DNA from: Bilabrum cf. latius
Lineage: Eukaryota
Length of the DNA: 64,000 bases
Direction of reading: 5' to 3'
Assembly: GCA_965178125.1 (NCBI GenBank)
Contig: OZ237750.1
Coordinates: forward strand, 186,001-250,000
The position numbers and the translations under genes were made by a program. The notes beneath the pieces are model-generated. The model was given only the letters and a program-made list of their open reading frames with translations, was not told the origin of the DNA and did not search any database. Below, one piece after another: positions 13,553 to 27,919 of this stretch; positions within the stretch are counted from its first letter, which is position 1; every line of letters starts with the position of its first letter.

Positions 13553-15657
13553 ATGCTGGCAACGCTCGCAGTTTTGGTGGCATTAAGTGCCAGTGCATAT
13601 GGTGAAGTCTCTCGAGCGGCTGAGATCCGCAGACTGAGAGACATGGTAGCACAGGCCAAATCCAGCGGGGCGCAACCGATGGATGCCGTGAAGGCTGCCC
13701 TTGCCTCCAGGCTTCCTCACCCGAAGACACTGATCGGGGATGGGTCCACCACTGCTTCCACAAAGTACGGAACAATGGTTGGCTCCCTGTCCGACAAGAA
13801 CAAGACCAAGAACTTCTTGGGTGTGCCTTTTGCGAAGCCGCCCACCGGTCCACTAAGGTGGCGTTCGCCCCAGAACATCACAGCGTTCCCTCAGTCGCCG
13901 TACGAGGCAACCTGGTTCAAAGATCCTTGCCCATAGAACTCGAATGCATTCGTGTTCGCGGCAACCCCGAGCGAGGACTGCCTGTACATGAACGTGAGAC
14001 CCAGTGCGAACAACTTCACATCGTCCCAGAGTTTCTACCACAGAAATTGATGACCGTGCTAAGAGTTCGCGGCTTATCTATATCAACAGGTTGATGTTTC
14101 GATTGTCTGTATCATCGCAGATCTTTGCCCCCAACAAGTCCCCGCCGCCAGGTGGATTCCCTGTCATGATTTTCTTCTATGGGGGCTCATGGGACACTGG
14201 CGCAGCGTCCTTCCCTCTCTACTGGGGAGACGACGATGAGAGCCTGGTCGATGACGTCATCATCGCGTGAGTACGCATGAATGCATCGCTTGCGATCCGC
14301 CTACACGAGACCCCGATGCTTGCTGCCAAGTCGTTCGAGAAGCTCCGATCGCCCCCTGCACCGCTCCCTGACGAAGAGCTCTTTGTTCTGATACTCATCA
14401 CACCGCTCCCCGAAAATCTGATCACACCACAGCACCGCCAACTACCGCCTCAACGAGTTCGGCTTCTTGGGCTCGGCCCAGCTGCAGAGCGAGTCTCCCG
14501 ACGGCTCCACGGGCAACTTCGGGCTGCAGGACCAGAGGGAGGCCATGAGGGTGCTCCGGGAAATCGCCCCTGCCATCGGCGGGGACGTGTCTCGCTTCAC
14601 GATCTTTGGGGAGAGTGCGGGGGCGGGGAGCGTGTCGAACCACCTGATCAACAAGCGGTCCTGGGGCCTGTACAACCGGGCCATCGCGGAGAGCGGGCCA
14701 GAGGCGCAGTGGATCGCGCAGCCGTTCGAGTACGCGCAGGCCAAGTTCGACCACATGGCGCACAACCTGGGCTGCAACAAGTCGGATTCGTCCGAAGATG
14801 GGGCGGGACACGTGGAGTCCACCCCAGCCGAGGTGATCGCGTGCATGCGCAGCAAGAACATGTCCGAGATCCAGGCAGCGGAGCATGGGCTCGTGGGCGG
14901 CCTCGTGCAGTGGTCCCCCGTGGTGGACGGCGTGGAGCTGGACGACCTGCCATTCCGGATCGCCCAGCGCGGCGGCATGAACCCGGACGCGGACGTGCTG
15001 TTCGGATCCAACGCCGACGAGGGGACTCTCTTCGTGCGGCACATCAGCCACGACATCACTGATGCGGAGTACAAGACCTACCTGAACCAGCAGCTGGGCG
15101 ATGAGGTCGGCAAGCTGACGTACGTCAAGTACCCCCCTTCCGATTACAAGGATCCATGGTGGGCAGCGACCCACGTACTCGGCGATGGGCAGATGTCCTG
15201 CGCCGCTCGCAGGTCGGTTCGCTGGGCCAACGTAGCGTACCAGAACGCGGGCACGAGCTCCAAGAGCTTCTTGTATTTCTTCCAGCACCCGTGGCTGGTG
15301 ATCGACCTGGTGCAGGCCGTGGACCCCAACGAGAGGCTGGGCGTGTGCCACGGGAGCGAGCTGCTGGGCGTGTTTGACCTGACCATCGGCATGTGGGATG
15401 ACGCGGAGAAGGAGCTGGGCAAGAGCTTCGTGAGGTACTGGACGAATTTTGCGACCAACGGGGTGCCATCTTCGGAGGGTGATCCGGCGTGGCCGGCTTA
15501 CACGAACGCGACCGACGTGGCGATGCAGCTGGACGTTGGCGCCAACCTGACCACTGTGACTGGGCTGAAGAAGGACAAGTGCGACTTCTGGGACCAGCAC
15601 ATGTTCGTGCCGTGGCCCGCCGTGTTTGGCAACCTGACGACCGCGCCGTACAACTGA
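13553..15657 (+). CDS. Type-B carboxylesterase/cholinesterase family, secreted (paralogue 1)
   Basis: Signal peptide; FLGVPFAKPP.GPLRW; CP(TAG=Q); SEDCLYMN|IFAP; GESAG, NADEG and CHGSEL catalytic motifs; introns 13994-14120 and 14267-14432. Confidence 0.93.
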
Positions 15658-16330
15658 TCGGAATCGATGAAAGATCGGATCTAACAAAATGGAGCGTTCG
15701 TGTTCGGTTCTTCAAGGAGGGCGCCTCTGCAAGGCCGGGGCGACATCTTGGGGATCAGACTAACGCAGTTGCGAAATGCAGGTATTATTTGAGTCCATTG
15801 AACAATTGTTCTCGTTGTCGTATCAAGCGAATTATCTTGAAGCATATGATCAGGATGCACACAGAATCCGGACCCTGTAAGTTTGGGTATTGACCTGAAT
15901 TTGATGCTATGAATCTGAGATGTAGGTATACCCGCATTGTTCTAGAGTGCTTATCAAGCCCGAGCTCAACCATCCACCGGGTCAGCAGCCCGAGCAGCTT
16001 CGCACCCAGACAATTTAGGCGCCATGCCCAGATCTATCTACTTTCGACCTAAGCTGGTTAGCATTAATCGTATTACTTGGATCAGTATGTCTCGATGATC
16101 GACGTATCCGGATGGTCATCTCTACCGTCCGAAATGCGCTGTCCCGGATTTCTCAACTTTTCACCCCCGGGGCCCCTGTCCCGGATCGAGGCGGTCGCAC
16201 CTTGAGGTCGCCGGGGAGCACCTTTCCCTGAGCCTACGTCAGGCCCCGGTGCAAAGTTGTGTTGAAATATCGCAACAGCTTTAGGTGGCCTAATTTCAGT
16301 TACCAAGTGTAGTTCTCCTCTACATCTCAA

Positions 16331-19300
16331 ATGGCACGCTGCTCCCTTCATGAAGTCTGCGGCAGCAGTGTATCGTGCGATGGCGCGAGAACCTGGTCTC
16401 GAACTTCAGCCCATTCAGCAAAAGATTCTCGAAGCAGGTATTAGCTACAGTATGAACTGCCCATTATTGCTACATTAAATGTCGTTCTCGTGCTTTCGGT
16501 CGAGCTAGGTGCAGCTCAAAGGCATTCAACGCCAGCAGTCACAAACTTGATGAGTGAGAAATGCTGTGGCACACCATTTTCCACCCAAGCAAGGCAGTGC
16601 TCTAGTATCGTTGCGACCCGCGATCGAGTCCCCTAATCCATTAGTATCCATACAAATGTGATCATTCCGCAGCAGTGGCAGATCCAGCCATGGGGGCGCA
16701 GCTGTCCAGCGGCGCGCCCAATCCACAGCAACGCAATCAGGATGATGCGACTAAATACGTTGGCGGACAACAATCAGCCAGGCGACTTTCATCAGGGTAG
16801 TGGCCTGATCCAGACGTGGAAAGTGCCACCAACGCCGACTACTTCGTCGATCCCGCCCAAGTCTCCAGCGGCTGGGAGCTCGGCACAGAGTCGTACACCG
16901 TTGGTGGCACAGTGTACGACAGCGCAGAAGCCGCGTCGGTGGGTTCAAATCGAACAATCTAGCTCGAGCAGCTGCAGTGCGCCTCCTCCTGGGCCCGGCT
17001 CCCCATGGGCTACCTCGAAGGAAACGTCATGGCGGTGCTCTCGTACAACGCCAGCACAGCGCCCTCCTCACAGGAAGCTGAGGAATTGCACATGATGATC
17101 ATTGCTGGCAACAATGTATCGGCGAGTGCACAGGCGATCATTCCGAGCCATAACCGCCAGGTGGTCCTTGCAGCGACCGGTCTGGACGGCTCCGTCAAGG
17201 TTGACTTGCTGGTGCGGTTCTATCCACGCAACGCGAACGTGTACGGGTGCTCCGGGTTTGCTCCCCACCAGCTGCTGGGGGCACGACAGACGCCTGGTGT
17301 GTCATGCGGCGGCTTGAGCGAGTCGCGATGCGCGCTGGCATCGAGTGGCCACACGAGGGCTTCCGTACGGGTGGCTAGCATCGCTGGAGTGGTGGAGAGT
17401 CCAGCCCAGCTCAAGTCCGTTACCCTTGCAAAAGATCAATGGGACCAGCTCGTGTACCATTTGGATGGAGGCAACTGCCCCGATCCTGTGCAGTGCGTCG
17501 TGGGGGCAGAGGTATACGGAGCCCCATGCACCGAGATCTTCGCTGCGCCTGGGGGCATGGTCGGCTGTCGCGTGACCGGACCGGACCTTTCGCTTGTTGG
17601 ATCAAAGACAGGAGCGATGCTCACAAGGCGACGAGGAACAGGGCCGCACCAGACTGCCACGCTGGGAGGATCGGACACTGCACCCCGTGGTGAGTTCAGA
17701 GTGGAATCGAGCAACAAAGTGTCCTCGGCTAGCGGCAGCTTCGCTGGCCGTGTGCATACCGGTGATTGGTTTGGGTTCGACGTCGCGTTCCTGGGGGACT
17801 TGGCTGGTGACGGAACGACGGCAATCGCAGTTGGAGCCAGGGGAGACAACGAAGGCGGTAGTTTACTAGGGTCTGTTTGGATCCTCTTCCTGAGTGCGAC
17901 TTCGGGCGAGGTGGTAAGGCATCAGCACATTTCGAAGACGAGCGGGGGGTTTAACTTCAACTTGAGACTTTGGGAGTTCTTTGGATCCACTGTTTCAGCG
18001 CTTGGTGACTGGGACGGGGATGGGGTTGTGGACATTGCGATCGGGCACTCGGGAGATGACACCGGGCCGGGCGCCGACGTAGGATCGGTATGGATCACGC
18101 GCCTGAAGAGAGACGGGAGCGTCAAAGCAGCCACAAAGATCCACTCCGGCACATCAGGGTTCTCTGGAAATGGTCTTGGAGACGCGAATGGCTTTGGATT
18201 CTCTTCGAGTTTCATACGGGCGTCACGAGGCGGCGGCGAGGAGGAGGCGCTGCTGGCAGTTGGCGCTTTCAGATACAGGGTTGGAGCCTGGGTCGGCGCC
18301 GTGTTTGTGCTGTCCGTCAACTCTGATTGCACGGTGAAGCAGTACACGAGGATCACGTCGAACTCTGGGGGGTTCGTAGGGTCTTTGCCTACCAATGGTG
18401 AGTTTGGCACCTCGGTGACGTGGGTTGGTGACCTTGACTAGGACGGCACGGTTGATCTTGCAGTCGGGCAGGCGAAGGCAAGCGGCGGAGGTAGGATATG
18501 GGTTCTTCTGCTGAATGATGATGGCACTGTTAGATCACAGCAGCCGATATCTGGCACGCAAGGAGGGCTAGGCGCGACTTTCGACCCGGTGAGCTTTGGG
18601 TCATGGCTTGGGGCCTCCGTGGCGCCACTTGGTGACTGGGACGGCGATGGCGTCCCAGATCTGGCTGTGGGGCTTCGCGGATACAAGAACACGAACGGTG
18701 ACTAGAACGCAGGTGCAGTTGCCGCTCTCTTACTTCGCAATGACGGGACTGCCAAATCATTCCAGATCGTTTCCGAATCCGAAGGTGGGGGGATCGGCGG
18801 TTCGCTCAGCAGCGGTGACAATTTCGGATATGCAATGGAGTCTGCGATTGATCCAGAATCCAATCGGGCCTCCCAGCTTCTGGTCTCAGCTTCCCATGAT
18901 GATGATGGCTGCACAGACTGCGGGGCTGCTTGGGTGCTGAATCTTGTGGGTAGTACCAGCTCGAGCTCAAGCACGATCGAGGTGCCAATCGAGGTGCGGA
19001 CCACGTCAGCGGTGCCACTTCCAACCAACGCGTCGATTAATGCGACCCAGCCATCATCGTTGGCAGTACTTGGTCAAATGTTTGTGTATGTAGCGAATGC
19101 ATCTGCTCGGCACATGCAGTCTCCCACCAGAGGAGGCGACAATGCCACCGGGGCTTTCGAGTGGATGGCACGAGGCACGTTCACCGCGATGAGAGGCGAG
19201 CACTTGATGCCCTCGGCCTAGCATACCCCAGCCATGCAGGCTCCCGCAGACTTCCATATTGTTGGAAGCTCTATGTGCTCCCTCGGCTCCCAAGGTGCAG

Positions 19301-22300
19301 CTGATGGCGCCATCGAGCTGCTGGTGGGAGATGCGCTGGACGGCAAACTGCATGTCCTAACGGTAGCGACGATGGTGGATCGAACCCCATTCGACAAACC
19401 CAAGGAGGCATTGCCTGTGTCAGTCCGAGTCAACAGTACTGTGGCATCTGGGATAGCATCCATCGGGGCTGACGTTTCGTATCTTGGCCGCGGTCTGCTC
19501 GGGCGCGGTGTTCTGCACGACCCGGTCATTGCGGCCGGGGCCCCTCTGCTCGGTGAGGTGATCATCATGGAGCTGTCCAAGGACAAGCAGTCGGGCGCAT
19601 GGACAAGTCGGGCGATCGTATCGATTCAGTCACCTTCTGAGTCTATGCGAGGCCATGCAGACAGCTTCGGGGCAGCGTGCGAGTATCTCGGTCCGCTGAA
19701 CGCACAGACGGAATCGACGGCCAGTGCCCAGCACGAGGTGTCTATGGTGGTCGGAGCTCCTGACTGGTCCGATAGTAGGCAAGGCGGTCGCAGGTATGGC
19801 GCCATTGTGCTCGTGCACCTTGCAGCTCGACAGCAAGGCGAGCACGAGCCTCGGGTGCTGCTGCGTGTGACCGACCAGGTGCTGATATCTCCTGCTCGAA
19901 TGCCGCTGAGATTGAACGGCCATTGGCCCGCACAATTCAAGGAATCCCACTTTGGGGCGTCACTGGAGCTGCTCGGCTTCCGCGCCAATCGCACGGTGGA
20001 GCTATACGTGGGAGCACCTGGATTCAACGGCACGGCCGGGGCAGTCGTGCTTCTATAGCTCGACCTAGATGGCTCCGCTGGGCCCAACGCCAACGCGTCA
20101 GCAAGTGCATCGCACATTATACGGCATGGAACTATCATAGATGCCAGCTAGGACGCAGAGCGGGGTGCGCCCTTTTCATCAGGCGTGGGGCCTGGTTGCC
20201 GCCTCGGTGCGGCATTGGTGTCTACCTCCAGCACAACGAGGATGCTAGCGGACCAACGGGTGCACCTGCTCGCAGCAGCACCAGGATGCAGTGGGCCGGG
20301 GCTAGTGCGGCTTCAGACGTCCACTGAAGGCCTGTTTGCAAGGCCTCCATGGAAACTTGATCCGTATGACGAGCAGGTCGGTGCAAATGAATGCAACACG
20401 ACTGCCCAGATCTGCTCAAACTTGATTGACAGCATTTACGGCCAAGATGCGTCATCTCTATCATCGGAGAATGCGTCGATTCTCGGCACTACAGAGAGTT
20501 ATCAGGCGTCCGATCGCATCGCGGATCAGACGTGGAACGGTGAGGCGCTGATCAGGCATGCCTCCATTGCGGGCTGCTTGCTGTCGCAGGGCCAGTACGG
20601 AGCACAGGCCCCGGCTCTTCAAACGGGCCAGGATGCAAGGAACGCAACAGTCCTCTGGACAGGACCTGCCGATAGGTGCGCTGCAGTGGTCACCGGATCG
20701 AGAGACTCTGGCATAGCAGTGGAGCTGCACGGCATGCTGCCTGGCCCTCGCCCTTCAGAGCTGGGCAGGGCACAGGAGACAGGGCACGTCTGGGTGAGTG
20801 GCGTGAGGTGTCCCACTGCGGCCATCCACCGATCGCAGAACAGAACCACACTTGTCTGTACGCCCGAGCGGCCGCTGTTGCCTGGGTTGGCGAGTGTTGT
20901 TGTGCAGATGCACAACACGTCTGAGGTGCAGTCGCCGTCCTCGCCATCTGCATGCGAGGAGACTCTTCGCAGAGCTGCCTTGGAGTCACGCCAGGGCAGC
21001 AATGCTTCATCCAAAGTAGTGAACAATGCCACCTTGTGCATCGCAGTGGGACTGCAGGGTCCACTGCAGCTTGTGGCCAGTCAGCGATGGGAGCAGCGCA
21101 TCGGTGCGGGCGGGTAGCTCACTGCAGTCGCATCGGGCGAGGGTTGGTATGATGGCCTGCCCGGGCCGGACTCTGCCATTTTCTGGGAGCATTCCAGATA
21201 TGCTGGGCAAGACGCGGACCATGGATCTACATGGGATGCAGTGGAGATCAACTCGACCGCAAGCGAACCTTGGGGTCAGCAGCTGTGGGGGCGCATCGGT
21301 CCGTACCCCTGCTCGGGTGGGCTTCAGGTGCAGACACAAGGCAGCGAGTTGGTGTGTAGGGCTCCACAAGAAGCTGTAGCAGGCCCGTTGGCTATGAGCG
21401 TGGGCCTGCCAGGTCTCCAATGGCTCGAGTCGTCTTGGGTTGCTGTTATGGATGCGTCCTCAGCCAATGCTACTGCAGCTGTAGTAGACCCTGCATGGGT
21501 CACGCTGCCGGCTCCAGAGCTGCAGTAGGTGACGCCAGCGCAGGTGAACATTGCAGATATGATTCAGAGCTATGACAGCGGCTTGCGAACACATGTATCA
21601 TTGTTGAAGGGAGACAGGATCGTGACGCCAAGCATGCAGCTCAACGTTGAGCAAGTCTGGCTTGGCGGGCAGCTGTGTGACCCACTCGAGGTATTCTCTC
21701 GCACTGAGCTGCGATGCTTCGTGCAGGCGCACCGCATGGTCACTAGTGAAGTGGCTGTGGTGCCCAGAAGGCATGGACTAGTCCATGACGCGCTTGAGGA
21801 CAGCGCGATGGCTCGAGCCAGTGAAGCTGGGCAGGAGTGGCGGCAACTTGCAGGAGCTTCGATGGAGCAGCTCGGGCCACGTGTCAGGGTGGCAAGGGTA
21901 AACGCAACTGCACCGCTGCCATGGTCGTCAACAGACATCATGATGCTGATAGATCCCACGGTCATTGGGGCCACACCAGCGGTTGTAGAGCCTGGTGGGG
22001 GCAGGCCAGTGCAGCTGATCGGGAGACAGCTGGGTGCTGCAGGTGGCCGTCACATCGCGAGCATAGATGTGGACGGCTACAACTGCACGATGGTAGCGCC
22101 ACTTTCTGATTTCGTTGTTCGCTGCACCTTGCCGGCCACCATGGGTAGCCTTGGTGTCGTAAGGCTGCATACCCGTTGGGGGAGGACATACTCTAGCGCA
22201 CCCGGCATTCTACAGTTTGTCGCCCCGGAGGTCGTCAGTGTGCGCGTATATCCGGTGCAAGTGACCAACATGCTTGGGATGCAGTACAACATGAGCATCC

Positions 22301-25300
22301 ATGGAAAGAACTTTGGCATCGCCCGCAACGAGAACGGTACCGATATCCAGGTGACCGCCTCTGGATCTGCTTGCCCTCGGGTGCGAGTGTTGAACGACAC
22401 CTTCATGGAATGCATTGGATTGGAGCCTCCATGGACGCCTGGAGACAACAGCGTCCGCCTGATGCTGGACGGCAGGGCAACCGTCGCACCCGACGCATTC
22501 CAGTTCCAGCAGAGGGTCGAAGTTTCGGCAATCAGCCCGGCCATCGTCACAGGGCAGGGTGGCTGGATAGAGATCGAAGGTCAGGGCCTGGGCATGCATG
22601 GCGATGACATTCAGCAGGTGCTGGCTGGTCCGTACGAGTGCATGCAGGTCACAGTGGTTGTACCGTCTACAAAGCTCCGCTGCCAGCTCTCCCCCGGTGT
22701 GGGCAGGGGCCACAAAGTCCAAGTAATCACGGCCCGAAACGGCAAGAACACCGTCCAATCGGCACCGCAGCTGAGCTATGCTGCACCATCGATCGTCTCG
22801 ACTTCGTTGCTGCGGGCTCACAGCAACTACAGCGGGCGGTGGTACAACCAGAGCTTCCCGCGTGCAGTGGCCTACTTGGGAGAGACGCAGCTTCAGCTGG
22901 AGCTGCAAGTGTCGAATGCCGGCTGGGACGTCGGCCAGCTTGACACTATCTCTGACCCCAACGACACAGTGAGCAATGGGCAAGTTAGGCTCGTCGGTCC
23001 GGGGTGGGTCGAGTGGTGCCGGAATGTGACCATTAGTCTGGCTCAAGTGGCTGCAGGAAATGCGAGCGCTTCCATGACAAGCCGGATCCAATGCACCATT
23101 CCCAGTGTTGACGCCGCATGTGCAGCCATGAAGTCGAATGCAGCTGTACTGCAGGTAGCAGACATATCCTTTAGCGTGGCTGGGCAGCCGGTGTCGAGGA
23201 GTGTACAGATCGCCAGACCGCAGGAGCTTCTGGTCTCTCCTGCAGTTGCCGGTGGAGCAATCGTTCTGTCGGGATTTCCAACGGTCGATCTCGTGACCCC
23301 CCAAGTGTTTCACACGAACGGAACCGCAGGCGCAGTGAACGGGAGGGCAGCCCTGCGAGCACAGGCAGCTCTCTAGTCTGATCAGTCCCCGGCCAAAGAG
23401 CTCGAGCAACTGTTGCAGATCACCGGTGCTAGCAATAGCGTGACTGTACAGCCACGAGACAGATCGATCGTGGTGGCTCGCGGCAATGTCCAGTCAGTTG
23501 CTCCGACCCTGATGGGTGCGCCTGCTGCAGCCGGGCTCCTGCAGATTCGCGGCGAGGGCTTCGGCGCAGGTCCTTGGGCAATCCATCGAGTGGAGGTCGG
23601 TGAGGCGGTATCCAGGCTGGTGATCTGGGTGTCTGACACTCAGTTGCTCGTGTACTGCGAGCCGGGGATAGGCGTTGATGTGAGTGTCAACGTTGTCACG
23701 TTGGGTGGTGCGTTGCATGATTGGGTCACAGCTGCTGACTAGAGCTCTGGGTCGGCCACCGGTGCCGTGTTGGTGGGCTTCAAGCGACCCACAATCAGCT
23801 ACGAGCGCCCGGTGGTGGACTGGATCTATCCAGAGTACAGCCTCACTGGACCTGCAGTGCAGGCTCAATTCTCCATCCACGGCTCGCACTTTGGCACCAA
23901 ACAAGAAGATATAGACGGTGTTCGAGTCGGCGGATAGCCTTGCCAAGAGGTGACACTAGTGTCTAGCACTGAGATCCGCTGCTCTGGAGTCAGCGGGGCC
24001 CGCTGGCCTGAGGGCAGACTGGTTGAAGTGCAGGTGGCTGACCAGCTGAGTCCGGTGAACCGGCTCTTCGCACCCATGGACGCTCCGGTGGTACTGACGG
24101 TGTCACCCCTGGTCGCCGCAAGTGGAGAGCGTCTGGCAATCACGGGACAGAGCTTTGGGTAGAAGACATCGGACGTAGCACGAGTGCAGCTTGGACAGTA
24201 CGAGTGCCTCAACGTGGTCTTGCGTGGCACGGCCTTGCTGGAGTGCACTGTCCCGCAACTACCAGTGGACAGGGCTGATGGCCTGCGAGTGGTCGTGCAT
24301 CAAGCCGGTGGGCTGTCCAGCGATCCACGCGACGCCCCCGAATTCACCTATGGGCTTATCGGAGACGTTTGGCCGGATGCACCTGGCAGGATACAGGCAT
24401 GGCGGGAGCGGAACGATCGCATTGAGGTGCGGTGGGTATTCCCAGACCCTACCCTGGTGGCGCAAGCACGGATCATGGGCGTGGAACCTCTCGATGGTTT
24501 CGAGATATAGACCGCCAGAGTCGTTGACGTCATGGGTGCTGGGTAGGGCTTGACACAAGGAAGTAGTGATAGCCAAAATGGTTTGAACGCCTCAGAGGTG
24601 TAGGCGCAGGCCTCAGACTCGCAGACGGCGATATTCGGCGTGAACTTGCCTGACGTCACCGTGCATTCCGCTGCCGATTCCACATTGGCCGTCATGCGGG
24701 CCAATGTCCCCGCACTTGACTCGCGACCAGTCCGCATCCGAATTCGATCCGTGAATGCTGCTGGTCAAGGCCCATTCTCAGAGTGGACCTAGGGCATACC
24801 GTCAGCGTGCTCAAAAAGCGAGTTCCTTACGACGCACCTGTAGGAGGGCGAGTGGGACTGCAGGGCATGCGATCCAGAGACTACCATGTGTGATGGTGCC
24901 TCGACCTTCACGATTGCTGCAGCACCAGGGTTCCAGAGGTTGCCTTGGGTCCCAGGTCGCGCCGCCTTCGCCAGGTGCATGCGTCCCGAGTCATGCCTCT
25001 CTCTGGGTCACACGCTGCAGCATACCCACGAGATGCCTGCAATAACTGGGACTGGGATGGTGCAGGGCAACCGTAGGCTTGGCACGGTGGACTCTGGGAC
25101 TATCGAGAGTATTTATGCGAACGATAAGCCCCCGCAGTCGGTTGCGATTCAGCAGGCAAACATGATTCGAGGTGCGGCATCGGAGCTCGCCACCAACCTC
25201 AGTATCGTGGAAGTCATCAACCACGGTGCGCCCACTTGGATCGGTGAAATATGCTCGGAAGGCTATACTGGGCTACTTTGCACGCGATGCAAGCCCGGGT

Positions 25301-27402
25301 TCACGCAGTGGGGTGCATTTGAGTGCAGAAAATGCCGCTCAGGCGGAAGCAACGTTGCCATCGCGGTGTCTCTGACGGTCCTGCTGCTGACCATCACGGT
25401 GGGCCTCGTGCTGTCGGGGTTGCGAAAAGGGGCACTGGCTGCGGAAAGAGCCAAGCAGCAAGAAATCAGCCAGAATTCGCCTGCGTCCACATCTCAGATA
25501 GATGCTCCGAGCTTAGTGCGGCACAACCCAATGATGGTGTAGGGCGCAGCTATCAAGACATCGAAGTCTGGTTCACAGCTGGGCGTGCGACCTGTAACAT
25601 CTAATGTGCAATAGACGCGCAAAGAAGGTAATCGCGATGTCACAATGGCGGCCATTAAGATCCTGTTCTCGCACGCACAGGTCATCTCAATCGCGGCGTC
25701 ATTCCGGCTCAGCTGGCCAGCAGCAGTGCTTCAATTCTTCGGTGCTTTGAGCTCTGTATCCACCGTAAGCTCTGATGTGCTCAGCCTCGACTGCATGCTG
25801 CAGGGTGAATCCCATGATTTCGGTGACATTGGAAATGGCAGCTTACCAGCAACTCGGCAAGTCGGAGTCGACGAAACGGCATGGGGTGATATCGCGATGG
25901 CTCGTTCCAGCAACGGAACGCAGATCATGGGGCAGTACAGCAGTTGGCCAGTGCCACAGCAATCTGACATCGAAGTCCTCGCAGACTCACTCGCTATCCA
26001 CGAAGGTTTCGTGGTGGAGAACCAAGAGAGACCACCAGGGATGGCTGGCTCGATGCCTCATGGGTCGTCGTTTCTGCTGCGAACCATTATCGTGCTATTC
26101 AGTCCTTTGGTTCTAGCTGCTGGTGTGATGTGCTTTTGGGTAATCGTAGATGCCTTGGACGGGTGCCTATTTGAACCGGAAGATGGTGAAGCAAGACCGG
26201 CCGCCGGGACAGGGCCTCCCCGACAAGCAGCAACGAAAGGACAATCTAGCGTTCAGGTAAGGTTCGATTCAGGAGCCGGCGCGAAATCAAACATCACCGT
26301 TGTCATCAATGGAAAGCGAGGCAAGTCGAGCGAGGGTCGTAGCAGCAGCAGCATATCAGAGCTTGGCCGACCAAGCGGCCGCCGCCGCAGGCTTAGCCAG
26401 TTCAAGCGAATGGGAGGATTCCTTGAATCCGGATCGAAGCAGCCTCCCGCGGCAAAGAGCACAGCTCCCGCTCTTTGTTAGGATGATGAGGTAGCGGAAG
26501 GACCAGTCGACACGTTCTGGCTAGCAGGCAGTGCCCGCACTGGCAGCGTGCTTCAGTGGATCGGCACTCCGTTGCAGGTCCTGCGACTGGGCCTGTGGAT
26601 GCGTATCATGTCTGGCCTCTACATCATCTCGTTTCTCATCCATCTCACCCTCACCGAGGCATCGTTTAGTCTCATCACGTGCATGGATGTGACACCCGAC
26701 GTAGACTTGGCCTCTCAGGACGACATGAGTGCCACGGGATCTTCGCTCGCGACAAGTCCAACCAGATCTGACGAGTGCCCGGCGGGCACAGAGCATCGGC
26801 GGCTGGCCCTAGATATCAATGTGTGCTGCCACAACCCCGCTGCCCTGGGCATCATGTACGGGGTGGGAATCCCGGCCATTTTGCTGTTTGCGGTAGGAAT
26901 CCCGCTCTTTGCCGGCATCCGGCTGTGGCAAGTGCGGAACCACCTAAGCAGCCCAGAAGTAATGTCAACGGTAGGGTTCCTGACTGCTGGGTTTCGCTCC
27001 CATGCGTTCTTCTGGGAAGTTGTCATCATGATTCGAAAGCTGGCTGTAGTTGCCATCACGGTGCTGGTGGAGCCGTGGGGAGTGCGCGTGCAGACATACA
27101 CCGCGATTGCCGTCATCTTCGCGGCCAGCGTCTTGCACGCGCTCATGCAGCCGTACTCTGCACCTAGCCTGAACACGCTGGAGCTCGTGGCACTGGTTGG
27201 CGCATTCACCACATTCGAGGCGGGTCTGTTCCTGCATGACCCCAACTCTGGCCAGGCCACCTTGCTATTGGCAACCTTTGTGGTGTTTGTGGCCAACCTG
27301 GGCGTGCTGCTGTGGGGTGGGTTTATTCTTCGATCACATATTGTAAAACGGGTGCAGCGGATGTTTGGCTCATGTGCAAAGCGGTGTGGCGGTGCGACTT
27401 GA
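16331..27402 (+). CDS. Giant (~3650 aa) surface/membrane protein: FG-GAP (integrin-alpha-like) repeats, multiple IPT/TIG domains, FN3-like, Cys-rich segment, C-terminal multi-TM region
   Basis: Twelve ORF-track fragments (17005 to 26548) are all in one frame and all but the last end in TAG. Motifs include GDWDGDGVVDIAIG, CTLPA..G, I.G.NFG, C..GYTGLLCTRC..GF and FFWEVVIMIRKL. Probable intron 16554-16672; start tentative. Confidence 0.8.
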
Positions 27403-27919
27403 TGAGCAGCAGGCTAGTCTCCAGGAAACAGCCGAAATAGTACATTGCGCAGCAACGCATCAGCGTCGGCAACGGGTGTGCCCTGATTGGACCAGTAGGA
27501 CACTATGAAACACAAAACAAGATAGACTCTACAGACAGTCGTAATCCTAGCGCCGTAAATGGGTTTGGGGTTTGATGTCAGAGTAGGAGCGCTGGAACGA
27601 CTCGGTGGGTTCCGTGGGCGGTTGCCACTGGGAAGGTGTGACCAAGCCAACGGATTGCTTTGCGATGACGCGCGCAGGCCCTCTTTGTGTTCAGGAGAGG
27701 GGCGGAGATCGGGCAATTTCTTTGCCCGACCTCCTGACCCCCTCCTTCTCGGCGGAGTAGTGCACGTGCTCTTCCCAGTCCCGATTAGACCGGTCAAGGG
27801 CCGCGCACATATACAGCTTTGTCAGGCCTTGCCACATCTGATTGATTTGGAGACACGGTTACGCGTTTATGTCTACTGGCATCAAGCAATACCATTTTGG
27901 TTACCACAAGCGCAATGCA

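Noticed and set aside
15660-16330. Possible ncRNA or suppressor tRNA-Gln(CUA) in intergenic DNA
   Set aside because: No cloverleaf or snRNA signature recognisable by eye; tRNAscan-SE/Infernal would be needed.
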